From positions 32,001 to 96,000 of the forward strand of contig JBJOKS010000003.1 in NCBI GenBank assembly GCA_046045965.1: a stretch of 64,000 bases of DNA. The letters are read 5' to 3'. Positions 11,013 to 19,503 of this stretch are shown here, piece after piece (the stretch's first letter is position 1; each line of letters opens with the position of its first letter). The DNA comes from Cyanobacteriota bacterium. GTDB taxonomy: Bacteria; Cyanobacteriota; Cyanobacteriia; Cyanobacteriales; Nostocaceae. Below the pieces are notes generated by a model. That model saw only the letters and a program-made list of their open reading frames with translations, ran no database searches and had not been told where the DNA came from. The translations under genes were made by a program, and so were the position numbers.

Positions 11013-14000
11013 TTGAAAATGACAAGTTTATTATTACCCAAACTCAAAGATGATTGTGATGTCAAATCTGGAAATGCTGGTAATTGGGATTCTCAAGCAC
11101 CAACTACTTTTAACCAAGTCGCTTCTAGTTTAGATTACAAAGCACCAGGAGAAGTTAAAAATATTAGTTCTGTTCCCACAATTTGGGCGCGTCCTTTGTC
11201 AATGGAAATGGCATTACATAATGATGCTTATCCAATTCGGGAACAAATGATCATTCAATGGCAGGGAATGTTAGCCGTTTTAGCATTAGCAGAAGTGCGC
11301 GGTTTTCCGATAAAAGCCCAACTTTTAGAATTGGCAGCCAAAAAAGATGCTCATGTTTTTGCCCGTTCACTTTATGAACTTTTACCAGATGATATTAATA
11401 GTATATATAAATTTACTAATGGTAAAAGTCCTTGGGAAGATTTGTATATTTTCACTTGGAATAATCAACCTGTGGGTATGACTTCTCCAAGTACCTTAGT
11501 TGTTCCTTCAGAACAAGGTATTTGGGATGGTTTACCTTGGTGGAATGCCAAAACAATGCAGTTTGAACCAATCTATAAACATCTCAATGATATTGAAAAA
11601 GCCCAACTTGCATTTTGGTTAGATTATCTGCGGAGAGAAATTAGAGGACATAGTGATGATACTAGACCAGTTGATATAATTGTTGGTTTCATCAACGATT
11701 TTATTAATAGTTTGAGAGTTACATCTACACCTAACTTTCAACTAACTGATAATCCGGCATTTTTTGAAGTACCATTAAATAGAGGAGCTTTAGCTGCACT
11801 TAATCATCCTGTTAAAGTAGAATCAAGAGAATCTAATATTCGAGTTGTTCCCAGTTTAGTTAAACCCAATGTTCCCCCATTATTAATTCTTGATCCAGAT
11901 ATTGCTACAACTTGGAATGAACCATTACAAAATATCTGGGTTTATGAAGGTAAGACTTTAGCAGCTTTGCGTTCTGAAGATGTAGAAACATGGAACAAGA
12001 GTAAAAAAGTAATTTGTCTGCCATCAAAAGATTTATTTTTACCGGATTTGAAATTTATTGATCAAGAAGGCATTTTACCTGGTGCTTTACTTCCTGATGG
12101 TTCTCAATCTTTAGTATTCAAAGGCAAAAATATTACTCCTTTGCTACCTTTAAATCCAATTTTGTTGAACTACTTCACACCAGAAGATTTAACCAAAAAA
12201 GTTAAGCTACAACTAATTAATAATGGTGCAGGAAGTTCATTAGTAAAAGCGACATTAACTTTACCTTTGTATGGAGTTAAAGGAGGCAAAGTACCACAAA
12301 ACTTCTATGTAGTCAAAGAATATGCGCTATTAGAAGAAAACATTATTTCTGAAGTTCCCGTTTTAGAAATCTGGCCGAATTTCCGGGCTGAGGGATGGAA
12401 AGAATATTACGGCTTTTACTACGATGCTGCTTTAGGAGAAGATACTTTCCAAGTTAGTTTTCCATCAGCTAAAAATACTCACATCTTTAAAGAAGGACAA
12501 GGTTCTTATCAATTAGTTAATTTAGAAGAATTTCCATCTTTTATTGACTGTAAAGATATTTACAAAAACACCATTGGTTTAATTTTGTTAGCAACTCCAG
12601 AACTAATTAATCTTCATGGTGACTGGGTAGTTGGTGTTGATTTTGGTACTTCCTTTACTAATATTTATGTCAATAAAAATGATAGAGTTGTCGAACGTTT
12701 AACATTAGAAAATTTGCACTGTAAAGTTACAGATGTTTCTATTGACACTCGTTTTTCTGCTTTGTTTGAATTCTTTATTCCTGAAAGTTTTATTCCTATA
12801 GATAAACCTTTCCCCATGTCTACGGTATTAACCAGTCGGGGTAAAACTAATGCTAAGGATGATCAAGTAAGTCCGATTTTTGATGGTCGGCTGTATATTC
12901 CTAATCTTCAACGTTTTGCACCTCAAGAAACATGGATTAAAACCAATTTAAAATGGACAACTTCTAATCTTACAGATAATCAACTATTTCTCAAACATTT
13001 AGCATTACACATTACAGCCTTAGCTGCTAAAGATGGCGCAAAAACTATTCAATGGTCATTATCATTTCCTTCTGCTTTTTCTACGACAGAGCAACAAAGA
13101 TATGCCCTAAACTGGCAAAGATTAACCAAAGAATTATCGAAAAATACAGGAATTGTACATACTAGTCCAGATAGAGACGATAGTACCTATTTTCGGACTG
13201 AAAGTTTAGCAGTTGCCCAATATTTTGCCGAACAAGAAGGATATGATTTAGTTAGCAGCACTTGTATTGATATCGGCGGTGGTACATCGGATATTTCTAT
13301 TTGGCAAGATGATAAACTGCTGCATCAATGTTCAGTTTTGTTAGCAGGTAGTCAGCTATTTTCTCAATTTGTAGAAATGAATCCTAACTTTTTGAAAAAG
13401 TTAGATCCTAACATTAAAGATATCCAGGTTTGGAGTAAGTTGAAAGATCATGCTTTTAATGCCAAACTTGATGTTTGGATGCGGTTGGAAGCTGCCAATT
13501 GGTTAGAGTCAAAACGAGATAGATTTGAAGAAGATAAAGATTTCCAAGGACTAATTCGCTTAATGGCAATTGGTGTATCTGGACTGTACTTCTATGTTGG
13601 TCAAATTCTTTCCGTTTTATATCAAGAAGGTAAATATTCCCAGAATCAAATCACACCTGTTTATGTTGGTGGAAATGCTTCACGTCTGCTGCACTGGTTA
13701 GCGGAAGGTGGTCAATTTGGACGGAATTCCGAAATAAATAGTTTATTTAGTAGCATGATGAGTATTGCTTCTGGTTTTCCTGATACAGAAGAACTCACAC
13801 GCTTGAGTCAAAACCCTAAAGATGAAGCTGCTTGTGGTTTAGTTTTAAAAGATAGAAAATTACAAGGGTTAGGTAAAAGAGAAAAAGACCATATCATTGC
13901 TGGAGAAGATTGTATCATTGGTCAAGAAAAGTTTAATTGGCAAGAAAGGTTAGAACTACAAACAAAAAATATTCGTAGAGGTGACTATCAAATTCCCACA

Positions 14001-14279
14001 CTAAATCAATTGAAATTATTTCTGAATGCTTTTCACATTAGTTTAGAACAGTTAGGAATTGATGGCATAAAACCTCTAGAATATTACGAACTGAAGGAAG
14101 ATATAGATGATCCAGAACCAGATTACAATGAAAAGTTATGGCGAGCTACAGAAAGAGAACTGAGAAATTCTTTAAATGCTATTGAAGGTAAGGTTGAAGA
14201 TATTCGTGCAGAACCTCCTTTCATTATCGGCTTAAAGGCATTACTCAAAGTTTTAGGTAAAGAATGGGCAGGAAAATAA
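11013..14279 (+). CDS. Large protein with C-terminal actin/Hsp70 (ASKHA)-fold ATPase domain and an unknown ~540-aa N-terminal region
   Basis: VVGVDFGTSFT (phosphate 1), TESLAVA (connect 1), IDIGGGTSDIS (phosphate 2), YVGGNASRL (adenosine), PKDEAACGL (connect 2); start TTG 11013 or ATG 11019. Confidence 0.8.
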   Translation: MKMTSLLLPKLKDDCDVKSGNAGNWDSQAPTTFNQVASSLDYKAPGEVKNISSVPTIWARPLSMEMALHNDAYPIREQMIIQWQGMLAVLALAEVRGFPIKAQLLELAAKKDAHVFARSLYELLPDDINSIYKFTNGKSPWEDLYIFTWNNQPVGMTSPSTLVVPSEQGIWDGLPWWNAKTMQFEPIYKHLNDIEKAQLAFWLDYLRREIRGHSDDTRPVDIIVGFINDFINSLRVTSTPNFQLTDNPAFFEVPLNRGALAALNHPVKVESRESNIRVVPSLVKPNVPPLLILDPDIATTWNEPLQNIWVYEGKTLAALRSEDVETWNKSKKVICLPSKDLFLPDLKFIDQEGILPGALLPDGSQSLVFKGKNITPLLPLNPILLNYFTPEDLTKKVKLQLINNGAGSSLVKATLTLPLYGVKGGKVPQNFYVVKEYALLEENIISEVPVLEIWPNFRAEGWKEYYGFYYDAALGEDTFQVSFPSAKNTHIFKEGQGSYQLVNLEEFPSFIDCKDIYKNTIGLILLATPELINLHGDWVVGVDFGTSFTNIYVNKNDRVVERLTLENLHCKVTDVSIDTRFSALFEFFIPESFIPIDKPFPMSTVLTSRGKTNAKDDQVSPIFDGRLYIPNLQRFAPQETWIKTNLKWTTSNLTDNQLFLKHLALHITALAAKDGAKTIQWSLSFPSAFSTTEQQRYALNWQRLTKELSKNTGIVHTSPDRDDSTYFRTESLAVAQYFAEQEGYDLVSSTCIDIGGGTSDISIWQDDKLLHQCSVLLAGSQLFSQFVEMNPNFLKKLDPNIKDIQVWSKLKDHAFNAKLDVWMRLEAANWLESKRDRFEEDKDFQGLIRLMAIGVSGLYFYVGQILSVLYQEGKYSQNQITPVYVGGNASRLLHWLAEGGQFGRNSEINSLFSSMMSIASGFPDTEELTRLSQNPKDEAACGLVLKDRKLQGLGKREKDHIIAGEDCIIGQEKFNWQERLELQTKNIRRGDYQIPTLNQLKLFLNAFHISLEQLGIDGIKPLEYYELKEDIDDPEPDYNEKLWRATERELRNSLNAIEGKVEDIRAEPPFIIGLKALLKVLGKEWAGK

Positions 14280-14322
14280 AACCAAAATAAAACATTTGTT
14301 TGATTAATTAAGACCTATAAAT

Positions 14323-14340
14323 GGGCGATTTAATTCGCCC
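14323..14340. terminator. Hairpin GGGCGA-N6-TCGCCC inside the operon
   Basis: Perfect 6-bp GC stem between the actin-like gene and the next ORF; resembles family-B end hairpins. Confidence 0.35.
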
Positions 14341-14388
14341 TCTTATCACCTTAATTCAATTCACATTTAGATAATTTGGAGGTTGGTA

Positions 14389-15246
14389 ATGGTACAGTTA
14401 AAGTGTCCAGTATGTAATCATGAATATACTGAAGGTACAGTTGAATTTTGTTCAAGATGTTGTTATTTACTTACTACCTATTCACCAAATTTATTAGGAC
14501 ATCCTGAAGTCCAGGAAAGAGAGAAAAAAAGATTACAATCAGCAAAAGAAGCCTGGAAAAAATGGTCTCACGCATATTCAGAATTAAAACAACAATTAGA
14601 AGCAGTTAAGAAAGATAGTCAACCTTTATTAAATAATTCATTAGTAGAACAGCATTTACAAAATGTGTCTAGCAATATTCAGTATTTGCCACAAATGCTG
14701 ACTCTTTTACAGCAAATAAATGAAAATATAGCTTATCAATCTCAAAATTTTTACAGGTTGTCTCAATCATATCAAGTCGCATATCAAGAAGATCAGACTT
14801 TAGTTAATGAAACAGCGTTAGAGAATGAGGTTGATGAAAGAGAGGAGTTATCAAATACCACTGAAAATATAAATATACATGATTCAGAACTCTATTATTT
14901 AATAGAAAATTATAATCAACAAGCTGATTTTCCCGATAAAATAGAAGTTTCCGAAACAGAATATAGTAAATCAAGACGTTGGGGTGGTAGTCAAGAAGCA
15001 GCAGTTTTTGAACCTAATCATAAAGGTAGAGGAGATTATTGGATTATTAATAATCAATATTTAGTTCCTAAACCTAAACAAAAAATTAATGAACATAGTT
15101 ATAAAACTGTATCAACATTATTTGAATGTTATAATTATGAACAAAATGCTACAGATAATATGACTTTAATTAAACCTGCTAAAGTTTCTAACCTTCATGG
15201 TGAAGAAAAATGGCAGTTAGAAGAAATGGGAACTTTAGAATTTTAA
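14389..15246 (+). CDS. Zn-ribbon + coiled coil + one copy of the unnamed repeated domain
   Basis: CPVC...CSRC; C-terminal GDYWII..YLVPK..KINEH..FEC..IKPAKV..WQLEEMGTLEF; GGAGG RBS before ATG 14389. Confidence 0.75.
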   Translation: MVQLKCPVCNHEYTEGTVEFCSRCCYLLTTYSPNLLGHPEVQEREKKRLQSAKEAWKKWSHAYSELKQQLEAVKKDSQPLLNNSLVEQHLQNVSSNIQYLPQMLTLLQQINENIAYQSQNFYRLSQSYQVAYQEDQTLVNETALENEVDEREELSNTTENINIHDSELYYLIENYNQQADFPDKIEVSETEYSKSRRWGGSQEAAVFEPNHKGRGDYWIINNQYLVPKPKQKINEHSYKTVSTLFECYNYEQNATDNMTLIKPAKVSNLHGEEKWQLEEMGTLEF

Positions 15247-15264
15247 TCAATCGGATAATCACTT

Positions 15265-16674
15265 ATGAAACATAAAATTTACGGTGCTACTAGCATTTTG
15301 ATATTATCTATCAGCTTACTATTTGGTTCTGAAGTGTATGCTGTAGGTAATGATAAGATGCCTGAAAATATCATTTCTCAAAATTTGAATAATCAACAGA
15401 ATATCAGTCAAAAATTCCAAGATTTGAAAAATGCAGTTAAATCTTTTAATCAGGAATTGAAAATAATTGCTCAAGAGAATAGAAGTAATGAGAAAGTTAA
15501 TTCAAAAAATATCCTGGGTAAATTAGATAATTTACAGAAAGAACTTAGTTTATTATCTAGAAATTCTCAATTTTCTTCAGCGATGAATAAAACTAAGATT
15601 AATGCTGTGATAACAGAGTTTGATGTAATTCTTAAACCTTTGGAAAATGGATTAACAAAAGAGGGGATAACTCAAGTACAAAAAGATTTGGGATTTTTTA
15701 AAACAAGAAATATATCAGAGCAATACTATGGAACTTTTGGAAAAACTACGCAGGAAGAAATAGAAACATTTACTAATAACAAAATAAAGGAACTAGAAGC
15801 AGAAATTAAATCACTTGAATCTTTATTAAATAAGCAAGAACTTCAATCAACAAATGCTATTAATTCTTCAGCTACTAGTCCTAACAACAATAAGCAAATC
15901 AATAATTATGATTCGGAAATTAGTGAAATTAATGAACTTAAAAATAGTTTAAATAAATTAAGTATAACTGTTATTATTCTTGGTTTCCTGTTAGTAGGAT
16001 TAGTCCTATTTTGTATTTATAGAATTATTAACCTTGTGGAACAACAACGTAAACTTGCAGGTTTAGTGAAAACCAATCAAAATTTTATAGATACGGAGAA
16101 TTTTCAGATCCAAATGGATGAGATTTTTAAAACATTAAATAACCTAGATACCAGATTAAAAAAGATTGAACGTAGTAACCAAAACCAAGCTCAAAATTAT
16201 TCATATACATCTAATGTTACTCCAGTGGCTGCAACTCCGCAACGCGCAGAACCAACGTTTAAACCCCAACCAGTAACTAGTCAATCATATCAACCAGCAA
16301 ATTTATCTAATACAAATATTTCATTAGTATCAGCATATAATATTAATGCTAGGTCATTATCAGAACAAGCAACAACTGTTTCAGAAAGTGAGTACACAGC
16401 AGAACAACGTCGTCTTGGCCGCAATATTCAACCCATTTTAGAATCTGATAGTCGGGGTAATTATTGGATAATTGCAGAAGGTGCTAATGAGTATCTTGTC
16501 CCTAAAGCAAAAATGAAAGTTAATGAACATAACTATTTAACTATTTCCACATTTTTTAATTGTTCTGGATATAATCCCAATTCCACTAATAATTTTACTC
16601 TTGTCAAACCAGCAAAGGTATCTTCAATAGGGGAAAAATGGGAATTAATAGAAGCTGGAGAATTACAATTTTAA
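15265..16674 (+). CDS. Single-pass membrane protein: signal peptide, peptidoglycan-binding-like segment, TM helix, coiled coil, unnamed repeated domain
   Basis: N-terminal signal; ITQVQKDLG..YYGTFGKTTQEEIETF resembles PG_binding_1; TM ITVIILGFLLVGLVLFCIY; C-terminal GNYWII..YLVPK..KPAKV..WELIEAGELQF. Confidence 0.7.
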   Translation: MKHKIYGATSILILSISLLFGSEVYAVGNDKMPENIISQNLNNQQNISQKFQDLKNAVKSFNQELKIIAQENRSNEKVNSKNILGKLDNLQKELSLLSRNSQFSSAMNKTKINAVITEFDVILKPLENGLTKEGITQVQKDLGFFKTRNISEQYYGTFGKTTQEEIETFTNNKIKELEAEIKSLESLLNKQELQSTNAINSSATSPNNNKQINNYDSEISEINELKNSLNKLSITVIILGFLLVGLVLFCIYRIINLVEQQRKLAGLVKTNQNFIDTENFQIQMDEIFKTLNNLDTRLKKIERSNQNQAQNYSYTSNVTPVAATPQRAEPTFKPQPVTSQSYQPANLSNTNISLVSAYNINARSLSEQATTVSESEYTAEQRRLGRNIQPILESDSRGNYWIIAEGANEYLVPKAKMKVNEHNYLTISTFFNCSGYNPNSTNNFTLVKPAKVSSIGEKWELIEAGELQF

Positions 16675-16717
16675 TCTAGATTAAACTAGAATTTCAATAA
16701 TCAATAATATAAATAAT

Positions 16718-17902
16718 ATGCAAATTAATATGCAAATTAAGAAAATGCAAAAGGTAGATTATTCAGAAAGGGAATGTGTGGTTATATACAATTATATTCC
16801 CCGACTGATTGAAAAATATGCAGTTTTAGTGAATATAGCTGATAATTATTATCACAATCATAATAGTGAATTGTTAATAATAGAGAATTCGCGGGGAAAA
16901 TATTGGGTGATTATGAGTGATTATGATGATCATGATATCTATTGGTTGTTTCCTGTGGCTAAACTCAATGGTAGAATTAACCCTAATGAAAATGAAGCAT
17001 TTAATTTACTGTTTGATTGTCATAATTATACAAATGTAAATTCTCTCCAATTCACACTTAAAAAACCGGCTCAAGTATATCCTAGTGGTAGTGGGGATGG
17101 ATGGATTTTAGAAAAACAGGGAATTTTAGATTTTAGTAATTCATCTTCGGTAGAAGATTCTCAAGATAATGGTAAAATTACACAAAATCAGCCTCATATA
17201 GACAATAATCCAAAAACTGAAAACTCTGATATACTACCATCGGTATTGCAATCGGAATTTAATGAATATATAGAAAATTCACAAGCAGAATTTAATCAAT
17301 TAAACTCAAAAATTCAAGCATTAATAGCAAGTCACGAACAGCTAAAAGAGGAAGTTAAGTTAGTAAAAGATAAATATAATGATTTAGCAGGTAAATTATC
17401 AGATAGAGAATCAATAAATTATCAAAATCAAAATCACAATCAAAGTCATGAAAATTCTGATCTTAATTCTCGATTAGAAATGGTACAAGAAGTTACTAAA
17501 CCAACACCTACATCTGTTAATCTTAATCTTTCCCCTCAAGAAATACAAATTGTGGGGGTTTATAATTCTAATCAGGTTGCATCTATATCACAAAAGGCAA
17601 AGCCAGTTTCGGAGGCAAATTCTAGTATTGAGAAACGTAGTCAGGGAAATAATGAAGCGGTGGTTTTAGAAATACAAACTCAAGGTTATTATTGGTTATT
17701 AACCACTAAAGATATATTATATGTAATGCCTAGAAAGCATTTAAATATAAATCGGGCAACGATAGAAAGCCTCAAAGTATTATTTGAATATCAAACTAAA
17801 GCAACAAATAAGTTTAAATTACTCAAACCTGCTAAAGTGGTAATGATAGAGAATACAAAAACTTGGCAATTGACCGAAAAAGGAATTATTGAATTTGAAT
17901 AA
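16718..17902 (+). CDS. Protein with two copies of the unnamed repeated domain joined by a coiled coil
   Basis: GKYWVI..KKPAQV..WILEKQGILDF and GYYWLL..LKPAKV..WQLTEKGIIEF. Confidence 0.75.
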   Translation: MQINMQIKKMQKVDYSERECVVIYNYIPRLIEKYAVLVNIADNYYHNHNSELLIIENSRGKYWVIMSDYDDHDIYWLFPVAKLNGRINPNENEAFNLLFDCHNYTNVNSLQFTLKKPAQVYPSGSGDGWILEKQGILDFSNSSSVEDSQDNGKITQNQPHIDNNPKTENSDILPSVLQSEFNEYIENSQAEFNQLNSKIQALIASHEQLKEEVKLVKDKYNDLAGKLSDRESINYQNQNHNQSHENSDLNSRLEMVQEVTKPTPTSVNLNLSPQEIQIVGVYNSNQVASISQKAKPVSEANSSIEKRSQGNNEAVVLEIQTQGYYWLLTTKDILYVMPRKHLNINRATIESLKVLFEYQTKATNKFKLLKPAKVVMIENTKTWQLTEKGIIEFE

Positions 17903-17904
17903 GG

Positions 17905-19422
17905 ATGGTTAAAATAATGCCTAGCTTAACCTTTGATGAAATAGTCAAGAAATTTGAAGAATTAAGACAACTGTGCTATCAACATTTTGCACCGAGAATA
18001 ACTAATATAGAAAATTACCTATCTACGTTAACTGAACGGGTTCAAAATGGCTCAGTTATAGTTACAGGTGCTTTTACAACTGAACAAATTACCCCTCTAA
18101 ATATATCTGAATCAGAATTAATAGAAGTTTATAATAACGTCCCCAAAGTTTTATTAAAAAATTCAATTATCTCCGAATTAACAGCTAAAAGTTATCGAGA
18201 AGATAACCAAAATCAACCTGTTTTTTTAGAAAAAGATGAAAATGGTAAATATTGGATCATTGTATCTAATCCAAATAATATCTTTCTCTTACCTAGCATT
18301 AATATTAAATTACATATTCATAAACTAAAAACAGTAGAAAAATCATTTGATTTTCGTGGTATTACTCCCTCATTAGATACTCATTTTCTCTTAATTAAAC
18401 CTGCTAGAGTGTCGAGTTTACCTAATGGTAAAGAATGGAAGTTATTAGAAAAGGGAATTTTAGAATTTACTAATCATGTTTCTGGTGTTTCATTTAGATC
18501 ACATTTAGATACAGATGAGCAAGAAAATCAAGTTAAAGAGAATTTAGAAAAGAATAATTTAGAAATTGAAAATATCAATAATCAACTAAATAATTTGAAA
18601 TTACAGTTAGGGCAGTTGCAAGAGGAAAACACAAATTTAAAATCGCAAATAAACATATCAGAAATTAAAGATAATCAAGCAAATACTAATGTTACAATAC
18701 TTAAAATAAATAAACAATTAAATGAGGTTAAATCTGAGTTAGACAAGTTTGATATACAACGTCAAAATCTAGAATTAAAAATCAAAAATATTCCAATAGT
18801 TAGAGATTCTGTAAATTTGCCAGATATAGATTTACTTAAAAAACAAATAGAATTATTTGGATTACTACACAATTATAATCTTAAATTAGATTTTCCCGAA
18901 AAAAGACAAGTAGCAGAAACCATAGAAAGTAAATTTAATCGTATGAATGGTTCGCAACAGATATTACCAAGATTTGAATATAAAAATCAAGGTGAATATT
19001 GGATTGTTAATAATAGGTATTTAGTACCTAAATTTAATTTTAAGATAAATACTTATGTATATGAATTTCTATCTTTATTCTTTGAGTGTCGAAATTATAA
19101 TAATTCCACTTGTGACAGTTTCATTCTCATCAACCCCGCTCACGTAGCAATGATAGATAATTCAGAAAATTGGCAGGTTACAGAAAAAGGAATTATTGAA
19201 TTTATAGATACTCAGCAAACAGCAACAAATAATAATCCAGAAGTATCAAAGATTTATGAACAATTGGAAAATTTGAAATCAATGTTAGAAAAGTTTCAAG
19301 AAGAACACAAGCATTTAGATTCGCAACTAGGAAAAATCACAGTTCTCAGAGATTATGTTTATCTGCAAATAGACTTAATAAAAGTACGCCTAGAATCTTT
19401 AGAAAACAAACAGGAAAATTGA
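17905..19422 (+). CDS. Protein with two copies of the unnamed repeated domain and coiled coils
   Basis: GKYWII..IKPARV..WKLLEKGILEF and GEYWIV..INPAHV..WQVTEKGIIEF; heptad-rich linkers. Confidence 0.75.
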   Translation: MVKIMPSLTFDEIVKKFEELRQLCYQHFAPRITNIENYLSTLTERVQNGSVIVTGAFTTEQITPLNISESELIEVYNNVPKVLLKNSIISELTAKSYREDNQNQPVFLEKDENGKYWIIVSNPNNIFLLPSINIKLHIHKLKTVEKSFDFRGITPSLDTHFLLIKPARVSSLPNGKEWKLLEKGILEFTNHVSGVSFRSHLDTDEQENQVKENLEKNNLEIENINNQLNNLKLQLGQLQEENTNLKSQINISEIKDNQANTNVTILKINKQLNEVKSELDKFDIQRQNLELKIKNIPIVRDSVNLPDIDLLKKQIELFGLLHNYNLKLDFPEKRQVAETIESKFNRMNGSQQILPRFEYKNQGEYWIVNNRYLVPKFNFKINTYVYEFLSLFFECRNYNNSTCDSFILINPAHVAMIDNSENWQVTEKGIIEFIDTQQTATNNNPEVSKIYEQLENLKSMLEKFQEEHKHLDSQLGKITVLRDYVYLQIDLIKVRLESLENKQEN

Positions 19423-19503
19423 CTATTATGAATTTGACTGACTTTCATAAAAAGGGTGAAAAATATACCCACCCTAAAAGATTTGATAGCTTATTGATAA
19501 TAA

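Noticed and set aside
11013..14279. Calling this gene dnaK, mreB or parM
   Set aside because: Only the generic actin-fold motifs are shared; size and architecture differ and there is no substrate-binding domain
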